From contig JAAOMT010000502.1 of assembly GCA_016748015.1 (NCBI GenBank), positions 744,001 through 808,000 on the forward strand: a DNA stretch of 64,000 nt, read 5' to 3'. The notes beneath the pieces are model-generated. The model was given only the letters and a program-made list of their open reading frames with translations, was not told the DNA's origin and ran no database searches. Position numbers and translations under genes: made by a program. Shown here piece after piece: positions 37,728 through 49,068 of this stretch (position 1 is its first letter; each line of letters starts with the position of its first letter). The stretch comes from Geosiphon pyriformis uo1. Taxonomy: Eukaryota > Fungi > Glomeromycota.

Positions 37728-39278
37728 ATGGGTGATTATTCATACCTGCCACAGCAATCAGAAGAATACTTTGCAGCACACAACAGAAACAATCTAGACT
37801 TTATTGAACTCAATCCCTTGCCCTCCTGCTTGATTTGCTTTCTCCTTGAAGAACAATCTAGTAGACAATTCCAAGACTTTTGGAACTGGTTCCTGAACAA
37901 GCACTTAGCTGAAACCTATACCACATATACAACTTATTACTTTAACCAAGCTTATTTTGAAGACAACTTTGAAGAAAGAAATAATAGCATCAATCAGCTT
38001 TTATACTCCACAACTTTCACACAACAGTCTTCTAATTTTGAATATCTAAATCACCAAATACACATTTGGGTTGCTGCTCACCAATCAACTATAACTCCTC
38101 TTGAAACAGAAGAAGAAAGTTACCAAACTGTTCCTATTTTTGATCTCTTTTTAAGTGAATCAGAACATTTCACTCAAACAGTAACCCCTGAACCAATGGC
38201 CCAAGACTCCATGCAAGCAAACATTCTGGCCGCCCTCCAAGGCATACAAACTGCTTTGGGGCGAAGAAACAACACCCCACTACCCCTATTCAGAGGTGAT
38301 GCCCAAGATCCAATTGAATGGTTGGACGATTTTGAAAGAGCAGCCACTGCAAACCAGTATGATAATGAATACAAGTTCCAAATTGTTGGTGGCTACCTCC
38401 AAGGCTTCCCTGCTACCTGGTTTTCACAAGAAACCAATGCTGGTGCTCAACAAAGAATTGTTAGATGGACCCCAGCAAATATTGGAGAAAACAACATCTC
38501 TTTCACTACCCAGTTTGAAAACAAATTCAGAACCCCCATCTTAATATCCAAATGGTGTATGGAATTAGAAAGAAGAGCCACAGGTCCTGGTGAAGTTGTG
38601 ACCGAATATGCCAAAGCAATCAGAAAACTCATCAAGCATGTAGACTCTGGTAGAAACTGGACTGAAGAGCAAAAGATCCACTTCTTCACAAAAGGATTGA
38701 GAACTGATTTATCTTATGCTCTTTGGCCTCTCTTGGCTTTAAAAGATAATCCCACTATAGATATGGCCATTGAACTCACACAAAGAATTGAAGACAATCA
38801 AAGAATGCATTTGAGATCCACACTTCCAGTTTTTGCTCCTGTTCCTGTTATGGCTCTTACTCCTCAAATGGCTGCTACTTCTTTTGCTGCCCAGACACAA
38901 GATCCAAATGAACAATTAATAGATAGACTTATAGCAAATTTTGCTCAGCTATTAGAACTATTAGCCCAAGCAGTCAGAGATAACTAGCAACCCCAAAGAC
39001 CCAGATTTGAAAACCGTTTTAATCAGCCCCAGCAACCCCCTTACCAAAGACAGCAAAATCATGGCCCTCCTGTGTGTTATAGATGTGGATTAACTGGACA
39101 TTTCTCCAGAGATTGCAACAATCCTCCTTTGCCTCCTCCAGTCCCTAGAAACAATGATAACCAGAACAGCAGAATCAATAACAACAATGCTCCCAATCAA
39201 AGACCCAATCATGCCAACATCAATTTCTTTGGAGAGGATCCCCTAGTTGAAGCCACAGTTTACCAGCCTTTAAACTAG
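37728..39278 (+). pseudogene. gag: gag of B3 (one internal stop at 38985)
   Basis: 419-aa ORF plus in-frame continuation with CYRCGLTGHFSRDC. Confidence 0.92.
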
Positions 39279-39306
39279 TAGGCGCACCTCCAAAAGGTGA
39301 GAGTGC
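39269..39306 (+). promoter_or_regulatory. -1 programmed ribosomal frameshift signal (gag-pol)
   Basis: T TTA AAC in gag frame, short spacer, stem gcacctc/gagagtgc or cacct/aggtg; -1 frame is open into the protease ORF; also at 42647 and 49059. Confidence 0.85.
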
Positions 39307-39364
39307 AAGCCAACTAGAAGAAAACCCTTTTTATGCTTTTAACTTAACTGATGATGACCATGAC

Positions 39365-40393
39365 ATGGATGAACTAGCAATCAACACCTCAGAATCAACA
39401 AGAAAGAAGAAAGCCAAGATTGATTTTGTTTTAAATCCAAATAAACCATCCACATCAACTGCTGATAATAATAAGCCACCAAAGGCTAAAGTCTTTAAGA
39501 ATCCTCCTAAGTTGAAACCCCCAGAAATAGTACAAAAATCTGGTCCTTATTCTGTTGTCAAAGATCTCATGGAAACTCCTGCACACATTACCTTTGGCCA
39601 ACTAATGACCCACCTACAATTCAGAAAAGATCTCCACAAATCTCTAATTCCCAAGAAGAAAACACCAAAAACCAATAAACGCCCTCGCCAAGCTGGACTT
39701 GCTGACAACAGCAATGTCACCCCATTAATTTGCAAAGCCCAAGTGGCTGGCTATTTCATTGACTTGATCCTGGACAGTGGATTATCTGTTAGCGTCATTG
39801 CCAAACACTTTTTGGAAGCAATTGGGAGAAAGATTGATAAACCTTCCACCCAACCAATGACCAATGTACATGGTGACAAGAAGAAAGGTCTGGGCATAGC
39901 CAAAGCTGTTCCTGTCCATATCAATGGCATCAGCATTGAAACTGACATGGAAGTTTCTGAAGCCAAGGAATACACTATTATTGTTGGAAATGAATGGCTC
40001 AAGAAAACCAAAGCATTACTTGACTATGAACTTTGTGAGCTAACCATCAGATGTAGTGAGAAGCCCATTGTGGTTAAGTGTCACCACTGGACAACTCCTC
40101 CAACACCAAAACAGAATCAGAAAGAAGAACAATCAGAAGAATCAGATGATGAAGAAAGTGATGATGAAGAAGAAGAAGAGAAACAAGAAGAAACTGCTGA
40201 ACTTGCCTATACCACCTTCACCAGCAATGGCAAGCCACTGGACAATGTCAAAGCTGACAGAGAAGGAATCATTGTAAATGGCAAGCTGATCTGCTGGCCC
40301 TACTATGATATCCTAAGAAGAACTTTTGACCAGAAGCCTAGCAAGAAAGCCAAGTACCATTATTGGTGGCATGGTTCTTGTGCCCAGTGCTGA
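39365..40393 (+). pseudogene. pol: pol N-terminal part of B3: aspartic protease, acidic tract, Cys/Trp-rich domain
   Basis: LILDSGLSVSVI and IIVGNEWL motifs. Confidence 0.9.
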
Positions 40394-40478
40394 TGCAATC
40401 AACCCTTGTATTCTCCAAGTGACAAATGCAAATTCTGCCTGATCTATTACAAAGATTGGGAACCAATCAGTTTGATAC

Positions 40479-43400
40479 TGTTATGGTTGAAACCCATAGT
40501 TTTTATTAGTTATCACATGTATTAGCCACTGATGTCATATAATTAGCCACCCTATTTTTAAATAGTGATCGTTGACCTGATCATTGACCTGATTGTTGAC
40601 CACTTTAGATAGCTATATAAGCGATGATTCCCTTAGCTGTAAAAAGACATGATCAAAGTAATGAAATAAACAATATCAATTACTTCCTTTCATAATCGCT
40701 TATTCTCCTTTCCTTACCTTCAAGTATCTACTTGTTGGCATTCACATACCTTATCTTTTCCCCTTCTTAATTTGTATTTGTTAGAATTAGCCTGAGAAGC
40801 AATTGGCTTGCTCTTGTAATTCATTGAATAAAGAAATGATTGAAAAGCACAATGATACCTGTTATTGATTCTAAGAATCGCCGAGTTGAGGCATAGAATA
40901 ATAGCAGTGGTGTTATCTTGTTAACAATCACGGACTATTCCTCTATCTTCAAATTTAAGAAAAGATTAGCGACTGTGATTTTTATGAGACTGATCATGCA
41001 CATTTAATTTCTACTTATTCAATTCACTCCCTTATTGTAATTCCCTCTTTGTTTATTTTCATCACCATACAATACTGTTCTCCCTTGCTATCCATTAGCA
41101 TGTTACTTCAACCCGTAACATAAAAGTGGTGCTCCCTGTGAGGTTGTCAAAATTCACTTATTCCCTCATTGTATGGGTGATTACTCATATCTGCCACAGC
41201 AATCAGAAGAACACTTTGTAGCACACAACAGAAACAATCTAAATTTCATTGAACTTAATCCTCTGCCCTCCTGCTTGATCTGTTTCCCCCTTGAAGAACA
41301 ATCCAGTAGACAATTCTAAGACTTTTGGAACTGGTTTCTGAACGAGCATTCAGCTGAAACCTACACAACTTATACGACCTATTACTTTGACCAAGCTTAT
41401 TTTGAAAACAACTTTGAAGAAAGAAACAACAGTATCAATCAACTCTTATATTCTGCAACCTTTGAACAACAGCCTCCTGATTTCGAATATCTGAATCATT
41501 AAATCCACATTTGGATTGCTGCCCATCAAGCAACTGAAACTCCCTTTGAAACAGAAGAAGAAAGTTACCAAACTGCCTCTGTTTTTGACCTTTTATCAAG
41601 TAAATCAGACTCGTCTACACAAACAGTTACCCCTGAACCAATGGCTAATAACCACATGCAAGCAAACATTCTGGCCGCCCTTCAAGGTATACAAACTGCT
41701 CTAGGAAGAAGAAACAATACCCTACTACCATTATTTAGAGGTGATGCACAAGATCCAATTAAATGGTTGGATGATTTTGAGAGAGCTGCCACAGCCAACC
41801 AGTATGATGAAGAATACAAGTTCCAAATCGTTGGTGGCTACCTCCAAGGCTCTCCTGCTACCTGGTTCTCACAAGAAACAGATGCCAATACTCAACACAA
41901 AATAATCAGATGGACACCAATCAATGCTGGAGAAGAAAATACCTCTTTCACTACCCGATTTGAGGCCAAGTTCAGAACCCTAATATTAATATTCAAATGG
42001 CACATGGAATTGGAAAGAAGAACCCAAGGTCCTGGAGAAGTAGTGACTGAATATGCCAAGGCTATTAGAAAGCTAATCAAACGTGTAGACTCTGGGAGAA
42101 ATTGGACAGAAGAGCAGAAAATTCACTTCTTCACAAAAAGATTGAGAACTGATCTATCATATGCTTTTTGGCCCCTCTTGGCCCTGAAAAATAATCCACA
42201 CTACCAGTTTTTGCTCCTGCTCCTGTCATGGCTCCTGCCTCTCAAATGGCTGCTACTTCTTTTGCCACTCACACTCAAGATCCGAATGAACAGTTAATAG
42301 ACAGACTCACAGCAAATCTTGCCTGGTTATTAGAACCCTTAGCCCAAGCAGTCAGAGAAAATCAACAACCACAAAGACCCAGATTTAAACCATGCTTCAA
42401 TCAGCCCCAGCAACCACCTTATCAAAGACAACAAAATCGTGGCCCATCTGTATGCTATCACTGTGGATTAACTGGACACTTTTCAAGAGATTGCAACAAT
42501 CCTCCACTGCCTCCACCAGTTCCCAGAAACAATGATGCTCAGAACAACAGACCCAACAACAACAATATGCCCAACCAAAGACCCAATCATGCCAACATCA
42601 ATTTCTTTGAAGAGGATCCCCTAGTTGAAGCCACTGTTTATCAGCCTTTAAACTGGTATGCGCACCTCCAAAGAGTGAGAGTGTAAGCCAACCAGAAGAA
42701 AACCCCTTTTACACTTTTAACTTAACTGATGATGACCATGACATGGATGAATTAGCAATCAAAACCTCTGAATCCACAAGAAAGAAGAAGAAAGCCAAAG
42801 TTGATTTCGTTCTGAATCCCAATAAAGCTTCTATATTAACTACTGACAACAATGAGCCCCCAAAAGCCAAAGTTTTCAAGAACCCTCCAAAGTTGGAACC
42901 CCCAGAAATAGTACAAAAATCTGGCCCCTATTCTGTTGTCAAAGATCTCATGGAAACCCTAGCACATATAATCTTTGGCCAATTGATGACCCATCCACAA
43001 TTCAGAAAAGATCTTTGCAAATCTCTGATTCCAAAGAAAAAGACACCCAAAACCAACAAATGCTCTCGCCAAGCTGGACTTGCTGACAATAGCAATGTCA
43101 CTCCTCTAATTTGCAAAGCCCAAGTGGCTGGCTACTTCATCGATTTGATCCTAGACAGTGGATCATCTGTTAGTGTTATTGCCAAACACTTTCTTGAAGC
43201 AATTGGCAGAAAAATTGATGAACCATCCACATGACCAATGACCAATGTGCATGGTGATAAGAAGAAAGAGCTTGGCATAGCCAAAGCTATTCCTGTCTGC
43301 ATCAATGGCATCAGCATTGAAACTGATATGGAAGTATCTGAAGCAAAAGAATACACCATTATTGTTGGCAATGAATGGCTCAAGAAAGCAAATGCTTTGC

Positions 43401-43862
43401 TTGATTATGAACTCTGTGAACTAACCATCAGATGTGGTGAGAAACCCATTGTGGTTAAGTGTCGCCATTGGACAACTCCCCCAGTACCCAAGCAGAGCCC
43501 AGAAGAAAATGAATCAGATGAATCAGATGATGAAGAAAGTAAGGAAAAAGAAGAACAAGAAGAACAAGAAGAAACTGCTGAACTCACCTATACCATCTTC
43601 ACCAGCAATGGCAAACCACTGGATAATGTCAAGGCAGATAAAGAAGGAATCATTGTCAATGGCAAGCTGATCTGCTGGCCTTATTATGACATGCTCAGAA
43701 GAACCTTTGACAGAAAGCCAGGCAAGAAAGCCAAATACAGTTATTGGTGGCATGGTTCTTGTGCCTGGTGCTGGTGCGACAAACCATTGTATTCTCCTAG
43801 CAATGAATGCATGTTCTGCCTGATCTATTACAAAGATTGGGAACCAATCAGCTTGATACCCC
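40479..43862 (+). mobile_element. Family B copy B4, 5' part (variant LTR 40479-41120, gag, protease)
   Basis: LTR termini, PBS 41127-41143, gag and LILDSGSSVSVI; runs into the assembly gap. Confidence 0.92.
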
Positions 43863-43973
43863 NNNNNNNNNNNNNNNNNNNNNNNNNNNNNNNNNNNNNN
43901 NNNNNNNNNNNNNNNNNNNNNNNNNNNNNNNNNNNNNNNNNNNNNNNNNNNNNNNNNNNNNNNNNNNNNNNNN
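43863..43973. other. assembly gap (111 N)
   Basis: Run of N. Confidence 1.
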
Positions 43974-44413
43974 CTGGCAAGTAGAGATGGATCCAGAAAG
44001 CAGAAAGAAAACTGCCTTCATCACCAAGTATGGCACCTATGAATTCACAGTCATGCTTTTTGGTCTCACAAATGCTCCTCCCACCTTTCAATGCTTAATA
44101 GACAAAGTATTTGAATCAGTAAAAGAAAACTTTGTTCTAGTCTACTTGGATGACATAATGGTATACTCAAAAACCTGGGATGAACACCTTGAACATTTGC
44201 AAAAGGTTTTTGACCTCCTTAGAAATGCTGGCCTTAAGATCAATCCAATCAAATCATTCTTTGGACGTCAATCCACCCAGTTCCTTGGCCATCTTATTAC
44301 AAAAAATGGAATCTTCTCTGATCCAGCCAAAATTGAAAAAGTTCAAAACATTAGACAACCAATAAATGTTCATGAACTACACTCTTTTCTTGGTTTGGCC
44401 TTTTATTATCGCA

Positions 44414-45939
44414 TCTCAGGAGTGTCTAAATGGTGCTACCAAGGTGGCCATTGGTGATGAGGTTTTTTTGACCACTCTTAAGATTGCACGGTCTTCAGGA
44501 GTGGCCTCTGTTTCTTCCCCTTCTCTGTCAGTTGCACTGCACGATGTACCCTTGGGTGTCTCTTTTGATGACATCAAATCTGCTCTTGGCATTTTTGGTG
44601 TTGTCACTTCTGTTAAGTTGAAGCCTGCTGACTTATGGCAATATTATGCTGTGGTTAATTTTAAGGACACTTCTTCTGCTGCTGCTGCTCTCTCTAACTG
44701 GTCTGTGTTGGTCAGAAAAGATAGTGTTAGGATTCTTCCCATTACCAACCAAAAGAAGATTATCTCCTCAAAAGATGCTTTCAAAGCTAAGCTGGTTAAT
44801 CTTCCATTTGGCTGTACTGCATTTGAGATAAGTGATCTGGTCTCCCAAGTTGGTGGCCGTATGTGTTTTATTCTCTGCTCCCCTAATTCCTATTGATGTC
44901 AACGTTTTGCAGTGGTGATCTTCGGTTCCTTGGAATCTTTAAATGCTGCTGTTTTAAAAACCAGTACCTTACATGGCTGCTGCATCTGATGGGAAACTCC
45001 TGGATGTCGTCGCTGCTATAGATGTCAAAGTTTGGATCATTTGGCTGTGGACTACAAGGTGTTGCCATTTTTCCCTCTCAAACTCTCTTCTAATTCTGCT
45101 GGTGGTCCCATCATTTTCAAGTCATCCCTCGTTGGAGCTAAATCTTATGCCAAAGCTGCCACCTCTGTGGTTCTTCCTGTTGCTGCTGCTACTGATATGG
45201 GTCTGGCTTTCAGTACCTCCCCCAAAGTTGTGGTGCTGCTGTTGCCGGTTGCCTCCTCTGGGTCAGATGTTGCTGTTAATGCTAGGTTGGCTTCTCTGGA
45301 AACCCAACTTAGTGAATTGTCTTTGTTGATCAAATCTATAGTTGAGCCTGTGGGTTCTTTGGTTGCATTGGTTAATACATTATTGTCTACTCTACCAGTT
45401 ATGGCAGAGGCAATGAAAGAAAGTGTGATTGGATTGGGAAACCAAATTAAGGCTGTTTGTGCTGTGGCTTCTGTGCTGCAAAAAGAAGTAGGGGCTTTCA
45501 AGTTGAGAAGTGGGAAGGTACACTATAACATATCTGATGATGAAAACATGGATAATGATGATGATGATGATGATGATGATAATGATAGTGATGCTTAAGA
45601 TTTTTCAGTCTATGATGATACATTTGATGCGATGATGGAGTTATGGGAGGTTCAATCCTCTAATATCAAGTCTGATCCAGATCAGACTGCTAAGTGGATG
45701 AGCAGTCTTGTTAAGAGTAGTCATAAACTTGTATGCATTATGAGTAAGATGTATGAATTAGATATGTTTAATACATTAGATAGCAAAAGTAGTACTAGCA
45801 TGTAGTTAGGGCTTTCCACTTGTGGTTAGCCACATCTTGTAATATGTATTATTGGGTGAGCTGGCTTTATAAAACCGCCATATTACTGTGGAATAACTAA
45901 TAAATGACTGGCATGACTACACATTGACAAAAAAAAAAA
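44414..45939 (+). mobile_element. Family C copy C4, 5'-truncated
   Basis: Near-identical to the C3 3' part; ORF ends STSM* at 45805; poly(A) 45929-45939; no TSD. Confidence 0.92.
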
Positions 45940-46717
45940 TCAAGCCTTGATTTGGCTGTGCAATAAAAAGAAGCTGGAACACAAACAAATAACTTACTGG
46001 ATACTCCACTTGGATGAATTTAACTATGATATTCAACACCATAAAGAAGCAAATCATCAAAATGCTGATGCTCTCTCTAAACTTACCATCCAGTGATAGT
46101 ACAACTCTTTAAACCAAACCAACTTAATTATTAGTAACTTTTTTACAAACAAACATGATAATAGACTTGGACAATTACTCTGCCTTAATAGAATTTTTGG
46201 GTAAGGGACAATACCCATCAGAATACACTTGACAGCAAAAAGAACATTTGTGCAAACAATCAAATTTCTATTTGATCTACCAGAACCAATTATATAAAAG
46301 AAACAGAAAAGATCCTAATCACCCCCAAAGAGTCATCAGATTTAAAGAAAGAGAAATTGTAATATACAATATGCACACTGACCTATTAGCTAGACACTTT
46401 GGAAAAACAAAAACAATTCAGAAAACTTTAGCTCACTATTATTGGCCTACTTTGGAAAAGGATATTGCTGAATACATCAAAACCTGTGACATCTGCCAAA
46501 GAAGAGGCAAACCCAATTGCAAAGAAAATATTTATCCAATTTCTGTTGGTCAACCATTTGACAGAATTGGTATAGATGTTGTTGGATCTTTAACAATAAC
46601 TCTTGATAACAACAGATACATTATTACAACTACTGACTATTTTACAAAGTGGATAGAAGCAAGAGCCACCCCAGACCAAACAGTAGTCTCAATAACCAAT
46701 TTCATTTATAAGGATAT

Positions 46718-47465
46718 TGTTATGGTTAAAACTCATAGTTTTTATTAATTATCACATGTATTAGCCACTGATGTCATATAATTAGCCACCTTATTTTTAA
46801 ATAGTGATCATTGATCTGATCAATGATCTGACCATTGACCTGATCATTGACCTGATCATTGACCTGATCAATGACCTGATTGTTGACCTAATCATTGACC
46901 TGATCATTGACTTGATCATTGACCTGATCATTGACCACTTTTGATAGCTATATAAGCAATAAATCTCTTAGCTGTAAAAAAGCATGTAATAACAAGCATC
47001 TGAATAATCAAGAATAAATAAAATAATACTTTCATCTCAATTCTTCTCTTATTGCTAATTTCCCTTTCCCTACCCTCAAGTATCTAAACATCTTAAAGAT
47101 ATAAAATTACTTGTTGGTCTTTTCCTGATGTATATAATTGTAGCATTTGAAGATTATTTGAATAAACATGACTGAAAAGCACAAGTTGATACCTGATATT
47201 GAATTCTAAGAGTGCCAATGTGAGGCATAGAATTATACCAGTGGTGATCAATTGTTGACAGTATGAACTATCCCTCTACCTTCAAATTCTCCAGTTACCT
47301 TTGAAAAGAATAGCGACTGAGATATTTTATGAGACTGATCTCGCACATTGAATCCATACTCATTCAATTCACTCTTTAAAGTTGAAATTCTCTTTGATTA
47401 TTTCTATCACCCTACAATCCTGTTCTCTCTTGCTATCCATTAGCTTGTTACTCCAACCCGTAACA
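46718..47465 (+). repeat. 5' LTR of B5
   Basis: tgttatgg...cccgtaaca. Confidence 0.95.
46805..46936 (+). repeat. 11 x 12-bp tandem array (TGATCATTGACC) in U3, upstream of TATA-like gctatataag
   Basis: Units counted directly. Confidence 0.92.
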
Positions 47466-47517
47466 TAAAAGTGGTGCTCCCTGTGAGGTTGTCAAAATTC
47501 ACTTATTCCCTCATTGT

Positions 47518-49068
47518 ATGGGTGATTACTCATATCTGTCACAACAATCAGAAGAATACTTTAAAGCACACAACAAAAACAATCTAGACTTTATTGAACT
47601 CAATCCTTTGCTCTTCTGCTTGATTTGCTTTCCCATTGAAGAACAATCCAGCAGACAATTCCAAGACTTTTGGAATTGGTTCTTGAACGAGCATTCAGCT
47701 GAAACCTACACAGCTTATACAATCTATTACTTTGACCAAGCTTATTTTGAAAACAACTTTGAAGGAAGAAACAACAGTATCAATCAGCTTTTATATTCTG
47801 CAACCTTTGAACAACAGCCCCCTGATTTTGAATATCTAAATCATCAAATCCACATTTGGATTGCTGTCCATCAATCAACAGAAACTTCTCTTGAAACAGA
47901 AGAAGAAAGCTATCAAACTGCTTCTGTTTTTGATCTCTTTTTAAGTGAATCAGAACACTCCACACAAACAGTTACACCTGAACCAATGGCTCAAGACTCT
48001 CTGCAACAAAACATTCTAATTGCCCTCCAAGGTATACAGACTGCTTTAGAGTGAAGAAACAACACCCCATTACCATTATTCAGAAGTGATGCTCAAGATC
48101 CAATTGAATGGTTGAATGACTTTAAGAGAGCTGCTACAGCCAACCAATACAATGATGAGTACAAGTTTCAAATTGTTGGTGGCTACCTCCAAGACTCCCC
48201 TGCTACATGGTTCTCACAGGAAACTGATGCTAATGCCCATCAAAAAATCATTAGATGGATGTCAGCAAATGCTGAAGAAAACAACACCTTTTTCACAACC
48301 CGGTTTGAAAACAAGTTCAGAACTCCAATCTTGATATTCAAGTGGCGCATAGAATTAGAAAGAAAAATCCAAGGCCCAGGAGAAATGGTAACTGAATATG
48401 CCAAAGCAATCAAAAAATTGATCAAGCATGTAGACTCTGGAAGGAACTGGACAGAAGAGCAAAAAATTCATTCTTTCACAAAAGGACTGAAAACTAATTT
48501 ATCTTATGTTCTTTGGCCTTTCTTGGCTCTGAAAGATAATCCTACAATGGACATGGCTATTGAACTTGCCCAACGAATTGAAGACAACCAAAGAATGCAT
48601 TTGGAGTCTATACTTCCAGTTTTTGCTCCTGTTCCTGTCATGGCTCCTGCTCCTCAAATGGCTGCTACTTCTTTTGTTGCCCAAATTCAAGACCCAAATG
48701 AACAGTTGATAGATAGACTTACAGCAAATCTTGCTTGGCTATTAGAACCATTAGCCCAAGCAGTCAGAGATAACCAGCAACCCCAAAGACCCAGATTTGA
48801 ACCATGCTTTAATCAACCTCAGCAACCACCTTATCAAAGACAACAAAATTGTGGCCCACCTGTGTGCTATCACTGTGGATTAACTGGACATTTTTCAAGA
48901 GATTGCAACAATCTTCCTTTGCCTCCTCCAGTTCCTAGAAACAATAATAACCAGAACAGCAGAATCAATAACAACAATGCCCCCAATCAAAGACCCAATC
49001 ATGCCAACATCAATTTCTTTGGAGAGAATCCCCTAGTTGAAGCCACAGTTTACCAGCCTTTAAACTAG
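47518..49068 (+). pseudogene. gag: gag of B5 (one internal stop)
   Basis: Capsid motifs and CYHCGLTGHFSRDC. Confidence 0.92.

Larger units (their letters stand above)
37025..40478 (+). mobile_element. Family B copy B3, 5' part (LTR 37025-37675, gag, protease)
   Basis: LTR and PBS 37682-37698; interrupted by B4 at 40479. Confidence 0.93.

Noticed and set aside
43807-44896. RT-ORF1 fusion ORFs
   Set aside because: Artefacts of the N gap and the C4 insertion junction
46805-46936. CRISPR-like array
   Set aside because: Contiguous 12-bp units with no unique spacers, inside an LTR, no cas genes
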